Part shown: positions 48,301 through 57,376 of the stretch, one piece after another | Layout of the letters: every line of letters begins with the position of its first letter | Position numbering within the stretch: position 1 is the stretch's first letter | Sequence record: SRR2962707_4331 | Reading direction: 5' to 3' (one strand) | Length of the DNA stretch: 57,376 nt | The notes under the pieces: generated by a model | Seen by the model: the letters and a program-made list of their open reading frames with translations, nothing else | What the model was told of the DNA's origin: nothing | Databases searched by the model: none | Program-made: the position numbers and the translations under genes

Positions 48301-51300
48301 GGTGGTCTCCGGTAAGGCCAGACGGCGGTACAGGCCGGCCAGAGACCGGGCCAGGTCCGCCAGGGCGGGTACTTCCGCATCGCCGGCGCTGCCGGCCAGA
48401 TCGGTGAGTTCCTGGTCCAGCTGGTCGAGGCTGGCCGGCTGTCCCAATTGCCAGGTGGCCAGATGTTCGTTGGCGCGCAGCAAGGCCTCCTCGGCCTGCT
48501 GCAAAAGCCCGCTGCTATGCTCCGAAGCGGGCGCGGACGGCGCCTGCGTATCAGGCGTTAGTGGCTGCCGGGTTTCGGTCAGGTCTCGCAGGCCGTCCAC
48601 CAGCCCCAATTCGGCGCGCACGGTCTGGCCGGCGGCCAGGCAATCGAGCATGTTAATCAGCGCGTCATGACCTTCATTGAGCTGTGCCAACAGCCCCGGG
48701 TCGAAGGTCAGGCGCCCCTGAGTGATGGTGGCGTAGGCGGTGGCCAGCGCCAGGGCAAGGCCTTCGATTTCCTCCAGACCCGCCTTGCGGGCACCTTGCG
48801 CCAGGTTCTGCAGTTCATCGCGTAGCCGGGCCAACGGCCGGATCTGCTCGGGGTCGGTGGACCAGGCCTGTAACAGGGTGTCGGCGTCCATCACCAGGTC
48901 CATGCTGTCGGACAGCAGCATGGCCAGAACCTGGGCGTTATTGTTTTGATGATCACCGCGTACCTGATGGCGGGCGTCGGCCAGGGCACTCAGCAGAGGG
49001 CCGGCATCGGGTAAAGCGGCATCGCCCTGGGAGGTCAATCGCCGCAAGCCCTCGCTCAGTTGCTGGTGGCTGTCGCGAATCAGTGCCACCTGATCACGGC
49101 TGGCGCGCAGGCCGGCGGCGATCAGTTCCTTCACCAGCTTTTCGCCTGCCTCCGCCATTTCCGCCATGGCATTCAATTCGGCCATGCGCGCGCTGCCTTT
49201 CAGTGTGTGCAAGGCGCGATGGACGCGATCATCCAGATCCTGCTCGCCAAGTTCCGGGTCCAGTCCATCCAGCCACTGCGCCAGCAGTGCGAGATTGCGG
49301 TCGGCCTCACGGCGGAAAATATCCAGCAGCACCGGATCGGGCTGATCCGCGGATGTTTCGGGTAACGTCAGAGCGTCCAGATTATCCAGAGTGTCGCCCG
49401 GTGTCGCCGGTTCCGCTTGTGCCTTGCCGGTTAGGGCCTGGTAGTCCTCGTCACTGAGTGTGACGGAGGGCCCGGTGCCTGTTTTTTCCTGGACGGGCGT
49501 TTGAGCCGCCGTGCTTTCCTGGTCGCTTTCCGCTTTGTTTTTGTCTTCGCTACCCAGTGTGGGGATTCGCTCCAGGCTGCCTCCGTCGGCAAGGATACCG
49601 GCGGCTTCGATCAGCGGGGTCACGTCCACCGGGTCCGGTTGGCGGCGGGCGAAAGTGCTGACCAGATCGGGAATCAGGCCGTGGACCTCGCGCACCAGGT
49701 CGATCAGCGTGGCGTCGGCGCCGATGCTGTGGTCGATGACCCGGTTCATCATGTTCTCGATGGCCCAGGCCAGTTCTCCCACGGTGGTGGCGCCGACCAT
49801 GCGACCGGAGCCCTTGAGGGTGTGGAAGGCGCGGCGAAACTCCACCAGCGCGGTTTCATCGCCAGTATCGGCGGCCCAGCGGGGAAAGTACTGGTCCAGC
49901 GCCTCGATGACCTCGTCCGCCTCCTCGACGAAAATCTCGATGATTTCATCATCCACCAGATCATTATCGTCGTCCGCGTTGCGCGGTTCCTGCTCGGCCG
50001 GTGCTCCCGTTGATGGCGGCTCCGCATCGCTCTCCTGGGGCTGAAGCGGATACCCCAGGGCGGCGATGCTGCGATGCGCCACTTCGAGAACATCGTCACT
50101 GGTATGCGGGTCGTCGCTGAGACGTTCCAGGTAGTACTCCACCGAACTCATGGCATCGGCGAGGGTATCCATGCTCTGCCAGTCCGGTGCCTGTTCGTCG
50201 TCCAGCAGCCGTTCCTGAATAAAACGGGCGCACTGCCGCAGTACCAGAGCCGGGCGTTGCAGTTGCACCATTTCCAGGCCGCCACGGACGGTCCGCAGGC
50301 GGTCCGGCACCGATTGCAAATGGGCGCGATCCCAATGCGAGGCGATGAATTCCACTACCCCGTCCTTGGCTTCCTCCAGTCCCGCCCGGCATTCGCGCAG
50401 CGCCGCGTCCATGGCCTGGCCGAGATGATTGGGCAGCGGCGAAGTGCCGGTGCCTTCAATAGTATTGCCAATGGTATTCCCGGTGGAGCGGCGCTGGTTG
50501 TTGCCGCCAAAGCCGGCGAGCGTCGCTTCCACATACAGCAGGGCTCCGGCCACATCCATCAGCCGTTCCCGTTGTGGGGGCTGACGGCGTTCGGCGATGT
50601 CCTCCAGGGCCTGCCGTTGTTCATCCACCAGCACCCGGGGCTGGCCCAGGCCGAGCATGGCGATGGTGTCGGACACCTGCTTCAGCGTGCTGACCAACGG
50701 CGACAGATCGGCGGGGTCCGCCCGGGAGTCGTGAACGAACCGCTCCAGGCGATCCTTGACCTTGGTGATCTCCTCGGACAAGGCGGTCACCACCGAATGC
50801 ATGGCCATGGCATCCGGGCCGTTGAGCCGGGCCCGCTCCTCGTTCACCAGCGCCTCCGGAGGTAGCGCGTCCTGCAGACGAAAGCGCCGCCGGATGGCCT
50901 CGATGGCCGGTGTCGCGCGCTCCGCCCGGGCCACGTAATAAAGCAGGTTCTTGATCAACTCCGTGGGGGCCGGGCGTTCCAGGCTGTCGGCGCCGTCGGC
51001 GGCCAGTTCACGCAAGGTGCGATCCAGCTGGCCCAGCATCTGCTTGGCCGAGGAGCCCAGCGGAATAACCTCTTCCTCCAGCCCTTCCACCATGGCATCG
51101 GCGATCCGCCACAACGGTGCCCGGGCGGCATCACCGCTGATTTGCCGGAGCTTTTCCAGCACACGGCGCAGATATCCGAGATTACGTTTCACCTGGTCGC
51201 CGCGCATGATGCCCAACAGCGCTACCTGGAATGTTTGCCGCATTTTGCGGATCAATTGCGGAAAGCGGGCGTCATTGCGGATGCTCTCATCAATGCGGCC

Positions 51301-51747
51301 GTCGCCCTGGGCATGCTGCAGATCGGGTTTGAACAACGCGGTTTCGGACAGCAGCGGTTCACCGCGCGCGGCGCGCAAGTCGTTCAACAATGGCAGCAGC
51401 ACCACCGGCAAGTCCCGACGGTTACTGGCCACGCGATCCAGATAAGGGGGCAGCTGCAGGATCGCCCGCATCAACAATTCCTGGGCTTCCGCTTCCCGGT
51501 CGATACGCTGATCGAGCAGAGCTCGGGCCAGTTTTTCCATTTCCTCGGCAAGTAACGCGGCGCCGTAGAACTCCACCATTTGCAGGGTGCCATGGACCTG
51601 ATGCAGGTGGGTCTGGCAGAACCGCATGCGTGTCGAGTCGCCCGGGTTCTCCACATAGGCTTCGAGTGCTTCGCGGGCCTGATCCAGTGTTTCCTGGATT
51701 TCTCCGCGTACCCAGTCGAGAGCCAGATAATCGTGATGATCGCTCAT
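45370..51747 (-). CDS. chpA: Hybrid CheA-like histidine kinase ChpA (multi-Hpt, HATPase, CheW, REC)
   Basis: DYLALDWVRGEI N-terminus, several HTLKG Hpt motifs, HMLRNAIDHG, DDGGG, SGRGVGMD, a CheW domain and C-terminal REC (DDS...DIEMPRMDG). Confidence 0.96.
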   Translation of the reverse strand: MSDHHDYLALDWVRGEIQETLDQAREALEAYVENPGDSTRMRFCQTHLHQVHGTLQMVEFYGAALLAEEMEKLARALLDQRIDREAEAQELLMRAILQLPPYLDRVASNRRDLPVVLLPLLNDLRAARGEPLLSETALFKPDLQHAQGDGRIDESIRNDARFPQLIRKMRQTFQVALLGIMRGDQVKRNLGYLRRVLEKLRQISGDAARAPLWRIADAMVEGLEEEVIPLGSSAKQMLGQLDRTLRELAADGADSLERPAPTELIKNLLYYVARAERATPAIEAIRRRFRLQDALPPEALVNEERARLNGPDAMAMHSVVTALSEEITKVKDRLERFVHDSRADPADLSPLVSTLKQVSDTIAMLGLGQPRVLVDEQRQALEDIAERRQPPQRERLMDVAGALLYVEATLAGFGGNNQRRSTGNTIGNTIEGTGTSPLPNHLGQAMDAALRECRAGLEEAKDGVVEFIASHWDRAHLQSVPDRLRTVRGGLEMVQLQRPALVLRQCARFIQERLLDDEQAPDWQSMDTLADAMSSVEYYLERLSDDPHTSDDVLEVAHRSIAALGYPLQPQESDAEPPSTGAPAEQEPRNADDDNDLVDDEIIEIFVEEADEVIEALDQYFPRWAADTGDETALVEFRRAFHTLKGSGRMVGATTVGELAWAIENMMNRVIDHSIGADATLIDLVREVHGLIPDLVSTFARRQPDPVDVTPLIEAAGILADGGSLERIPTLGSEDKNKAESDQESTAAQTPVQEKTGTGPSVTLSDEDYQALTGKAQAEPATPGDTLDNLDALTLPETSADQPDPVLLDIFRREADRNLALLAQWLDGLDPELGEQDLDDRVHRALHTLKGSARMAELNAMAEMAEAGEKLVKELIAAGLRASRDQVALIRDSHQQLSEGLRRLTSQGDAALPDAGPLLSALADARHQVRGDHQNNNAQVLAMLLSDSMDLVMDADTLLQAWSTDPEQIRPLARLRDELQNLAQGARKAGLEEIEGLALALATAYATITQGRLTFDPGLLAQLNEGHDALINMLDCLAAGQTVRAELGLVDGLRDLTETRQPLTPDTQAPSAPASEHSSGLLQQAEEALLRANEHLATWQLGQPASLDQLDQELTDLAGSAGDAEVPALADLARSLAGLYRRLALPETTAPTPSVFDILQRAHHRLADMIDQLRSGSLPATDTVLEDVLALADTPWTPKGKGEAKAAPPEPAAQPATEERDPELVGIFLEEAEDILHSCTESLERWIGEPENLLLVQALQRDLHTLKGGARMAELRELGDLGHEMETLYERLALGRVERQPAVFDLLHRCHDRVAEMIDQVTARQALAPARDLIQAIHDYLNDPSAFRLAAPVSDVTPEAAQAKPVALAPSSGGGDSGGIDPDILDIFLEESEELGETIEATLTAWRDQPEDRQLNDQLKRALHTLKGGARLAGVAPLGDLSHDFEQFLERLDNQRRAPEEDDFLTMLGWLDAINQQRGQLRGQPADTRAPDTLPAPSAPTEPAAATPAAPQEMVRVSAEVLEALVNLAGETSINRGRVEQSINDFVAHVSEIGATVTRLYEQLRRLDAETEAQILSNYQQGVNRGEFDARFDPLEMDQYSELHQITKQLSESASDLLDLKNTLLERTRDSETLLLQQQRINTELQEKLMRTRMVPFSRLVPRLRRIIRQVSGEVGKKVEFEVINPEGELDRTLMERMVAPLEHMLRNAIDHGIESPRERREAGKNETGQVRLELTREGGEVVLTLADDGGGINTEAVRAKAVERGLIDADANPSDQDVHQFIFHAGFSTASQVTQLSGRGVGMDVVASEIKQLGGTVRIESHRGQGTRFVVRLPFTLAVNRALMVRANEDTYAIPLNQIEGIVRVSPFELLDYVENQNLVYRYAGQDYDLHYLGRFVHDMPMPHPDVQSQPLPLLLIRSSDHAVALVVDSLVGSREVVVKSLGPQLTSVAGISGATILGDGSVVVILDIHSLIRAAQLRQPAPLTAPADQRDAAREQAPLVMVVDDSVTVRKVTGRLLERQGYRVVTAKDGLDAIAKLEDHTPDAMLLDIEMPRMDGFEVASHVRHDARLARVPIIMITSRTGEKHRDRAFDIGVNGYMGKPFQEGELLTTLGELLEESRESVG

Positions 51748-51785
51748 TTGATGATCCCCCCGGGGCTGCCCCCAGCCCCTGGCCG

Positions 51786-52661
51786 TCAAACGCGGCGCCG
51801 GAACGCCAACGTGTCGGGATAGACTTCCCGCTCCAGATTATCGTTTTGCCAGTCGGTGATTTCGCCGGGCCCGAGGACCAGGACGCCCCCCGGCGCCAGG
51901 CGGGCGGCCAGGCGATTGACGATCTGGCGTTTTCGCCAACGGCGAAAGTAAATCAGCATGTTCTGACAGAAGATCAGATCCAGGTTTTCCATCGGTGCCT
52001 GATCCAGATCCAGTACGTTCAGGTGGGCGAAGCACACCCGCTCGCGCAAGGTGGCGATGACCTGAAGGTGCTGAGCGTCGTAGTGCTGAAAATATCGCTC
52101 GCGCAATGCCGGCGCCACGCGGTTCACCCGGCGCAGGGGGAACACACCACGGCGCGCCCTGGCCAGAGTGGGCAGGCTGATATCCGTGCCAGTAATGCCG
52201 TAGAACAATTTGTCCCGGGCGCCGGCGAAACACTCATTGATGACCATGGCCAGCGAATAGGCTTCCTCGCCGGTGGAGCACCCCACGCTCCAGGCATTCA
52301 AGGTGCCGCCGCCGGCATGCCGACGGGCGAAGTCACGGCTGAACGCCTTGACCAGCGCGAAGGACCCCGGATGACGAAAAAAACCGGTTTCCTGCACCGT
52401 GAGCCGGTCCACCAGAATCGACCATTCCATGGCACGGGATTCGCTGGCGCCGGTGACCAGCTGAGCGTAATAGGTTTGATAGTCCTCCAGGCCCAGTTCA
52501 CGCATGCGTGTGCTCAAGCTGGTTTCCAGGAAGGATTTCCGCTCCGCCGGCAGGGTCATGCCGGTGCGCTCTTCCAGCAGGGTCTGCCAGAGCTGGAATT
52601 GCTCCGCGTCCATGGCTGGCGCGTTGCGAAGAGCCCAGGGCGGCGTCACGGCAATGTCCAT
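51786..52661 (-). CDS. pilK: CheR-like methyltransferase PilK
   Basis: QETGFFRH, WSVGCSTGEEAYSLAM, GTDIS and IFCQNMLIYF motifs. Confidence 0.94.
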   Translation of the reverse strand: MDIAVTPPWALRNAPAMDAEQFQLWQTLLEERTGMTLPAERKSFLETSLSTRMRELGLEDYQTYYAQLVTGASESRAMEWSILVDRLTVQETGFFRHPGSFALVKAFSRDFARRHAGGGTLNAWSVGCSTGEEAYSLAMVINECFAGARDKLFYGITGTDISLPTLARARRGVFPLRRVNRVAPALRERYFQHYDAQHLQVIATLRERVCFAHLNVLDLDQAPMENLDLIFCQNMLIYFRRWRKRQIVNRLAARLAPGGVLVLGPGEITDWQNDNLEREVYPDTLAFRRRV

Positions 52662-54679
52662 CAGCCCGGCAATCTGAAGCCGGCCACCGAGTTACGCATG
52701 TCCTGCGCCATTTCCGCCAGATCGCCAATGGAACGGGCGGTGGCGGTGGTCCCGGCGGAGGTCTGCGAGGTGATTTCCTGGATCACGTTCATGGTGTTGG
52801 AAATGTGCCCCGCGGACGCGGCCTGCTGGCGGGCGGCGTTGGAAATATTCTGGATCAAGTCCGCCAGGTTCTTGGATACCGTTTCGATCTCTTCCAGCGC
52901 CACCCCGGCGTCCTGGGCGAGACGGGCGCCCTTCACCACTTCGGCGGTGGTGGCTTCCATGGAAATCACCGCTTCGTTGGTGTCGGTCTGAATCGTCTTC
53001 ACCAGGGTTTCGATTTGCTTGGTGGCGGCGGCGGAGCGTTCCGCCAGGCGCTGCACCTCGTCGGCGACCACGGCGAAGCCGCGACCGGCCTCCCCGGCCA
53101 TGGAGGCCTGGATGGCGGCGTTCAAGGCCAGAATGTTGGTCTGGTCGGCGATGTCGTTGATCAGCGAAACGATGTCACCAATTTCCTGGGAGGACTCACC
53201 CAGGCGCTTGATTCGTTTGGAGGTTTCCTGAATCTGCTCGCGGATGGTGTCCATGCCATGAATAGTAGCCTGTACCACCTCGGCGCCCTTGTTGGCGATG
53301 GCCACCGCCCGTTCCGCCACCGCCGCGGACTCGGCGGCGTTGGCGGACACCTGATCAATGGACACCGCCATCTCGTTCACCGCCGCCGAGGCGCCGGCAA
53401 TTTCCTGCGCCTGATGTTCGGAAGCCTCCGCCAGATGCATGGCGGTGGACTGGGTTTCCTGGGCGGCACTGGCCACCTGCACGGCGGATTGGTTGATGGT
53501 TTGTACCAGGCTGCGTAACTGGTCGATGGAATAGTTGATGGAATCGGCGATGGCACCGGTGAAATCCTCGGTCACCGTTGCTTCCACGGTCAGGTCGCCG
53601 TCGGCCAGATCCCCCAGTTCATCGAGCAGGCGCAGAATCGCCGCCTGGTTACGCTGATTCTCGCTTTCCAGCTCGCCACGCTGTTTGCTGGCGCTGCGAT
53701 TGCCCTGCAGCATGATCAGGAAAAACAGTAACACCGAGGCCGCCGCGCACAGGATGCCCAGCCATATGGAGGGGAACAGACCGCTGCTGGCGTTCTCGAA
53801 CTGGCTGTCCAGATTGGAGGCTTCCTGCAGCAGGTCCTGGGAGCGCAGGAACAGGCTGTCGGCGGCGGCGCGGATCTGTATCAGATCCGGCGCGGTTTCC
53901 AGCACCTTGTCCACGGAAGGGTTGATGAACTGATTAAAGACATCGGCGATATCCGTCAACCGCGCACGGGCATCGCGGTCGCTGACTCTCTGAATGCCGA
54001 GGCGGCTGTTGCCGCGCAGCATGCCGTTGACGACATTGCCGAATCGTACCGCGTCGGTGCCGAACGTTTCCGCGGCGGCCACGGCGCTGTCCCGGCCTTC
54101 CAGAATCTTCGACAAGGATCGCATTAAACGTTCGGTGAGCAATGACTGGCGTTGCGCCAGTGCCACCTGATCCGCGGAGGCGCCATTGGCGATCAGGATG
54201 CGGACCACCTCGTCATACTTGCTCTGAAGTTCCGGAATGGTCTGTGCCAGGGTGGCGGACACCTGGTGCAGATCCAGCACCGTGGCGCGCCCCTGAAGGA
54301 CCGTGTTCACCTGTCGTAGCGCCTCGTCCCACAAATTCTGCAGGCGTTGCATCACTCGCGGGTCCGATACCCGTTCGTCCTTGACCTGATTCCAGGCGCG
54401 CAGAAAACCCTGGCGGCCCTGCTCAAGCAGCGTGAAGGCCTCGGCATTACCGGACACCGCCTCCAGTGCGTTTTTCGGCAGCTGCTGGGAATACACACGC
54501 ATGTCCGACGCCTGGGTAATATTGTCCCGGGCGTGATTGGCGCCGATGGCGGACATAACGAAATTCATCAAGGCGAGAACAATACAGGCGAGCAACCCGA
54601 TATACAGAGCAACGCCCAGCGGATTGTTACCCGCTCCCCCCCGCATCTTGCTTAACACAAGCCCCGGTTTGAACTTCAT
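52661..54679 (-). CDS. pilJ: Methyl-accepting chemotaxis protein PilJ
   Basis: Two TM segments; [33 protein letters not shown] and [30 protein letters not shown]. Confidence 0.96.
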   Translation of the reverse strand: MKFKPGLVLSKMRGGAGNNPLGVALYIGLLACIVLALMNFVMSAIGANHARDNITQASDMRVYSQQLPKNALEAVSGNAEAFTLLEQGRQGFLRAWNQVKDERVSDPRVMQRLQNLWDEALRQVNTVLQGRATVLDLHQVSATLAQTIPELQSKYDEVVRILIANGASADQVALAQRQSLLTERLMRSLSKILEGRDSAVAAAETFGTDAVRFGNVVNGMLRGNSRLGIQRVSDRDARARLTDIADVFNQFINPSVDKVLETAPDLIQIRAAADSLFLRSQDLLQEASNLDSQFENASSGLFPSIWLGILCAAASVLLFFLIMLQGNRSASKQRGELESENQRNQAAILRLLDELGDLADGDLTVEATVTEDFTGAIADSINYSIDQLRSLVQTINQSAVQVASAAQETQSTAMHLAEASEHQAQEIAGASAAVNEMAVSIDQVSANAAESAAVAERAVAIANKGAEVVQATIHGMDTIREQIQETSKRIKRLGESSQEIGDIVSLINDIADQTNILALNAAIQASMAGEAGRGFAVVADEVQRLAERSAAATKQIETLVKTIQTDTNEAVISMEATTAEVVKGARLAQDAGVALEEIETVSKNLADLIQNISNAARQQAASAGHISNTMNVIQEITSQTSAGTTATARSIGDLAEMAQDMRNSVAGFRLPG

Positions 54680-54863
54680 AGCTTGGCTCCTGGCCTGACT
54701 CTGCTCTTATTGTGTGACCGCCGTCCATGGCGGCTCCCTCCCCGGGCAGTCATTGGCTCGACGTCGAAAACCGTTCCCGGCGATTCTGGAGCCGCAATGG
54801 CTGCCATGGACGTGTGTCGATATTCCCCCCGGCACGGCGCCCTCCCCCCGCGGTCACTCTCCA

Positions 54864-54932
54864 TTGCTCATTCCCCGTTGTTCATCCCCCGCCGCCTGCT
54901 TTGCACTGCTACGTTCGGTTGCTCATTCCCCG
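54864..54932. repeat. 14-bp direct repeat spanning the pilI stop codon
   Basis: TTGCTCATTCCCCG at 54864-54877 and 54919-54932. Confidence 0.7.
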
Positions 54933-55471
54933 CTGGCAGCGCGCATAAAGCGCGGATCCCGTGCCAGCCGGGCAAGACTGAACACGGACCAGTATTCCCC
55001 GTCCCGACGGTAGCCCCCATCCAGATAAGCGGCCATTGGGCTTTCCTCCGGGCGCGGCGGTGCCGTCACCCGGTTTTCCACCGGAAAATGTTGCATCCCC
55101 AAAACATCATCAACCATCACTCCGGTGTAGAGTTCGTCCCGGTCCAGCACCAGCAGCCGGCGCCGGCCTTCGGCCACTTCCGAGGCGCGTTCGAGGAACC
55201 GGTTCAAATCGGTCACGGTCATCAAACGCCCACGAACGTTGGCCACCCCGCGAACCCAATCCTGAGCACCGGGCACCCGGGCACAGGCCGGCGGTGATAG
55301 AATCTCGGCCACTTCCGTCAACGGCGCCACCAGACGGTGGCCGTTCAGGGAAAACCCCACGCCGCTCCAATAAGGCGTGACCTCCTGCTCCTCCGGCAGG
55401 TTGGCGGCATTGTCGCGGCAACGGATGAAGTAATCCGCCAGTTTCAAATAGGCTGTGGACGCGGCGCTCAT
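54923..55471 (-). CDS. pilI: CheW-like protein PilI
   Basis: LPEEQ...WSGVGF, VPGAQDWVRGVANVRGRL and VDDVLGMQHF motifs. Confidence 0.93.
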   Translation of the reverse strand: MSAASTAYLKLADYFIRCRDNAANLPEEQEVTPYWSGVGFSLNGHRLVAPLTEVAEILSPPACARVPGAQDWVRGVANVRGRLMTVTDLNRFLERASEVAEGRRRLLVLDRDELYTGVMVDDVLGMQHFPVENRVTAPPRPEESPMAAYLDGGYRRDGEYWSVFSLARLARDPRFMRAASGE

Positions 55472-55485
55472 CGGCGACCCCCTCG

Positions 55486-55854
55486 TCACGCTCCGGTGAG
55501 CTGACGCTCGACCGTTTTCAATAAAACCGCTTCATCCACCGGCTTGGTCAGATAATCCCGGGCGCCCTGGCGTTTGCCCCAAACCCGGTCGGTTTCCTGA
55601 TCCTTGGTGGTGACGATAACAATCGGGATGTGTCGGGTGTCCGCGCCCTTGGTTAACTGCCGGGTGGCTTGAAAACCATTGAGGCCGGGCATCACCACGT
55701 CCATCAATACCAGGTCCGGCTGTTCGGAACGGGTAGTCGCCACACCGTCGGCCCCGTTGCTGGCTTCCAGCACCTGGTGGCCGTGTTTCTCCAGAATCTC
55801 CCGCAGCTTGTACGTCTCCGTGGGAGAGTCATCGACAATAAGAATCCGTGCCAT
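55486..55854 (-). CDS. pilH: CheY-like response regulator PilH
   Basis: ILIVDDSPT, MDVVMPGLNGFQATR and TTKDQETDRVWG motifs. Confidence 0.96.
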   Translation of the reverse strand: MARILIVDDSPTETYKLREILEKHGHQVLEASNGADGVATTRSEQPDLVLMDVVMPGLNGFQATRQLTKGADTRHIPIVIVTTKDQETDRVWGKRQGARDYLTKPVDEAVLLKTVERQLTGA

Positions 55855-55900
55855 CTTTTCCTCTATGGTTGAGCTGGGTGGCTCCGGTCAGGCGCTCGTT

Positions 55901-56284
55901 TCAGGCGCTGATATGCTGACGGATGGCGCCCAGTAGCTCGTCCTTGGAAAAAGGCTTGGTCAGGTATTCATCGGATCCCACGATGCGGCCCTTGGCCTTA
56001 TCGAACAAGCCGTCCTTCGAGGAGAGCATGATCACCGGTGTCTGCTTGAACGCGCTGTTGTTCTTGATCAAGGCGCACGTCTGATAGCCATCCAGCCGGG
56101 GCATCATGATGTCCACGAAAATGATTCGCGGCTTGCTGTCGGCAATCTTGGCAAGCGCATCGAACCCGTCGGTGGCGGTAATCACCTCACAACCCGCTTT
56201 CTTCAACAAGGTCTCGGCGGTACGACGAATGGTTTTCGAATCGTCGATCACCATGACCTTGAGGTCTTGAAAATTGTCAGTCAT
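55901..56284 (-). CDS. pilG: CheY-like response regulator PilG
   Basis: VMVIDDSKTIRRTAE, DIMMPRLDGYQTC and SSKDGLFD motifs. Confidence 0.97.
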   Translation of the reverse strand: MTDNFQDLKVMVIDDSKTIRRTAETLLKKAGCEVITATDGFDALAKIADSKPRIIFVDIMMPRLDGYQTCALIKNNSAFKQTPVIMLSSKDGLFDKAKGRIVGSDEYLTKPFSKDELLGAIRQHISA

Positions 56285-56516
56285 TGAGAACTGCCTTTCA
56301 CCGTGATTCAAATACAGGCCGCGACACCTTGTAATGAGGAATCTTTTTATAGTGTCGCGATAGGCAGGGCTTCGGGGTCTTTCAGCCCACGCCGAGGTTT
56401 TAACACAGTTTCTACAATCAATCTATAAGACCCTGTGGGACTTGAGAAAAGCATCCCGTAGCGAGCATTCCCGCGCACTGCTAACATGCGGTGTCGTCCT
56501 CTTGCCTGGAGCCACC

Positions 56517-57376
56517 ATGAGCCTTGATATCGGTGTGGTGATGGATCCCATCGCCCACATAAAACCCTGGAAAGACACCACCTTATCCCTGCTCCTGGAA
56601 GCTCAGCGGCGCGGCTGGCGGCTGCACTACATGGAGCCGGGGGATCTGTACGTCCGTGATGGCCGGCCACTGGCCACCACCCGGCCGCTGCGGGTGGAAG
56701 ACAACAATGATCACTGGTTCGAACTCGGCGATGCCACGCAGACCTCGCTGCCGGATCTGGACATGATCCTGATGCGCCAGGATCCGCCATTTAACGCGGA
56801 GTACATTTACGCCACCTATATTCTTGAAAAAGCGGAGCGCGAGGGCGCCCTGGTGGTGAATCGTCCCGGCAGTGTCCGTGACAGCAACGAAAAACTGTTC
56901 GCCACCGATTTCCCGCAATGCTGTGTGCCGACCCTGGTTTCCGGCCGCGCCGATCAGTTGCGGGCCTTTGTAGCGGAGTTCAATGACATCGTCATGAAGC
57001 CGCTGGATGCCATGGGCGGCGCCAATATCTTCCGGGTATCCAAGGACAGCCCCAACACCAGCGTGATCATCGAGGTGCTGACCGATCACGGCCGCACGCC
57101 GATCATGGCGCAGCAATTCATTCCCGAGATCACCAGCGGTGACAAACGCATCCTGATGATCAATGGGGAACCGGTGCCTTACGCCCTGGCACGTATTCCC
57201 AAGGAAGGTGAGTTCCGCGGCAACCTGGCGGCCGGTGGCACCGGCCAGGGTCGGGAACTGAGCGACCGTGATCGCTGGATTTGCGAACAGGTAGGGCCGG
57301 TGCTGCGCGAGCGGGGGCTGTACTTCGTCGGCCTGGACGTGATCGGTGACTATCTCACCGAGATCAACGTCACCAG
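56517..57376 (+). CDS. gshB: Glutathione synthetase, 3'-partial (runs off the window; absent from the ORF track)
   Basis: My translation from ATG 56517 gives MSLDIGVVMDPI...KDTT...MRQDPPF...NEKL...KPLDAMGG...GDKRIL...RGNLAAGG...GLDVIG...EINVT; divergent from pilG as in Pseudomonas. Confidence 0.95.
   Translation, partial: MSLDIGVVMDPIAHIKPWKDTTLSLLLEAQRRGWRLHYMEPGDLYVRDGRPLATTRPLRVEDNNDHWFELGDATQTSLPDLDMILMRQDPPFNAEYIYATYILEKAEREGALVVNRPGSVRDSNEKLFATDFPQCCVPTLVSGRADQLRAFVAEFNDIVMKPLDAMGGANIFRVSKDSPNTSVIIEVLTDHGRTPIMAQQFIPEITSGDKRILMINGEPVPYALARIPKEGEFRGNLAAGGTGQGRELSDRDRWICEQVGPVLRERGLYFVGLDVIGDYLTEINVT

Noticed and set aside
51390..53518. Long plus-strand ORFs (533 aa and 336 aa) opposite chpA/pilK/pilJ
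   Set aside because: Antisense shadows of well-supported genes.
54676..54864. 62-aa ORF between pilI and pilJ
   Set aside because: No family motif and an Arg/Gly/Pro-rich composition typical of non-coding GC DNA; a leader-peptide role is not formally excluded.

Overview
A gene-dense, GC-rich chromosomal segment of a gammaproteobacterium. Gene order and protein style suggest an Alcanivorax/Pseudomonas-like marine hydrocarbon degrader (inference). About 53 coding regions are supported. In order: a 5'-truncated hexapeptide-repeat acyltransferase that appears cut by an IS5-family/MITE terminus at the window edge; TetR and an MFS-acyltransferase fusion; the FAH - D-2-hydroxyglutarate dehydrogenase - serA trio; a four-gene exported-protein operon (COG3014 lipoprotein, YcfL, Vibrio-type LpoB, FlgT/CsgG-like protein); a Kef-type K+ exporter; an accessory AraC/VOC/orphan-lipoprotein cassette; ggt and coaD; an inserted MerR/SDR pair; a laoABCR-like long-chain alcohol oxidation cluster; an IclR - TAXI-TRAP - CoA-transferase - membrane protein module; YheT/SPFH/NfeD; rsmE; a lipoprotein amidase; a BigR-like ArsR with two YeeE/YedE genes; MFS/LysR; gloA; a DUF853 ATPase; slyD; an LpxL-like acyltransferase; an MBL hydrolase coupled to the complete pilGHIJK-chpABC operon; and partial gshB. 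I found no rRNA, tRNA, CRISPR, prophage or defence genes. The best candidates for uncharacterised systems are the lipoprotein/LpoB/FlgT-like operon, the TAXI/CoA-transferase module with a self-consistent predicted operator, the putatively sigma54/NtrC-controlled lipoprotein amidase, and two additions to the pil-chp operon (a structured pilI-pilJ spacer and a coupled MBL hydrolase). All family calls come from motif recognition and recalled synteny; no database searches were run.
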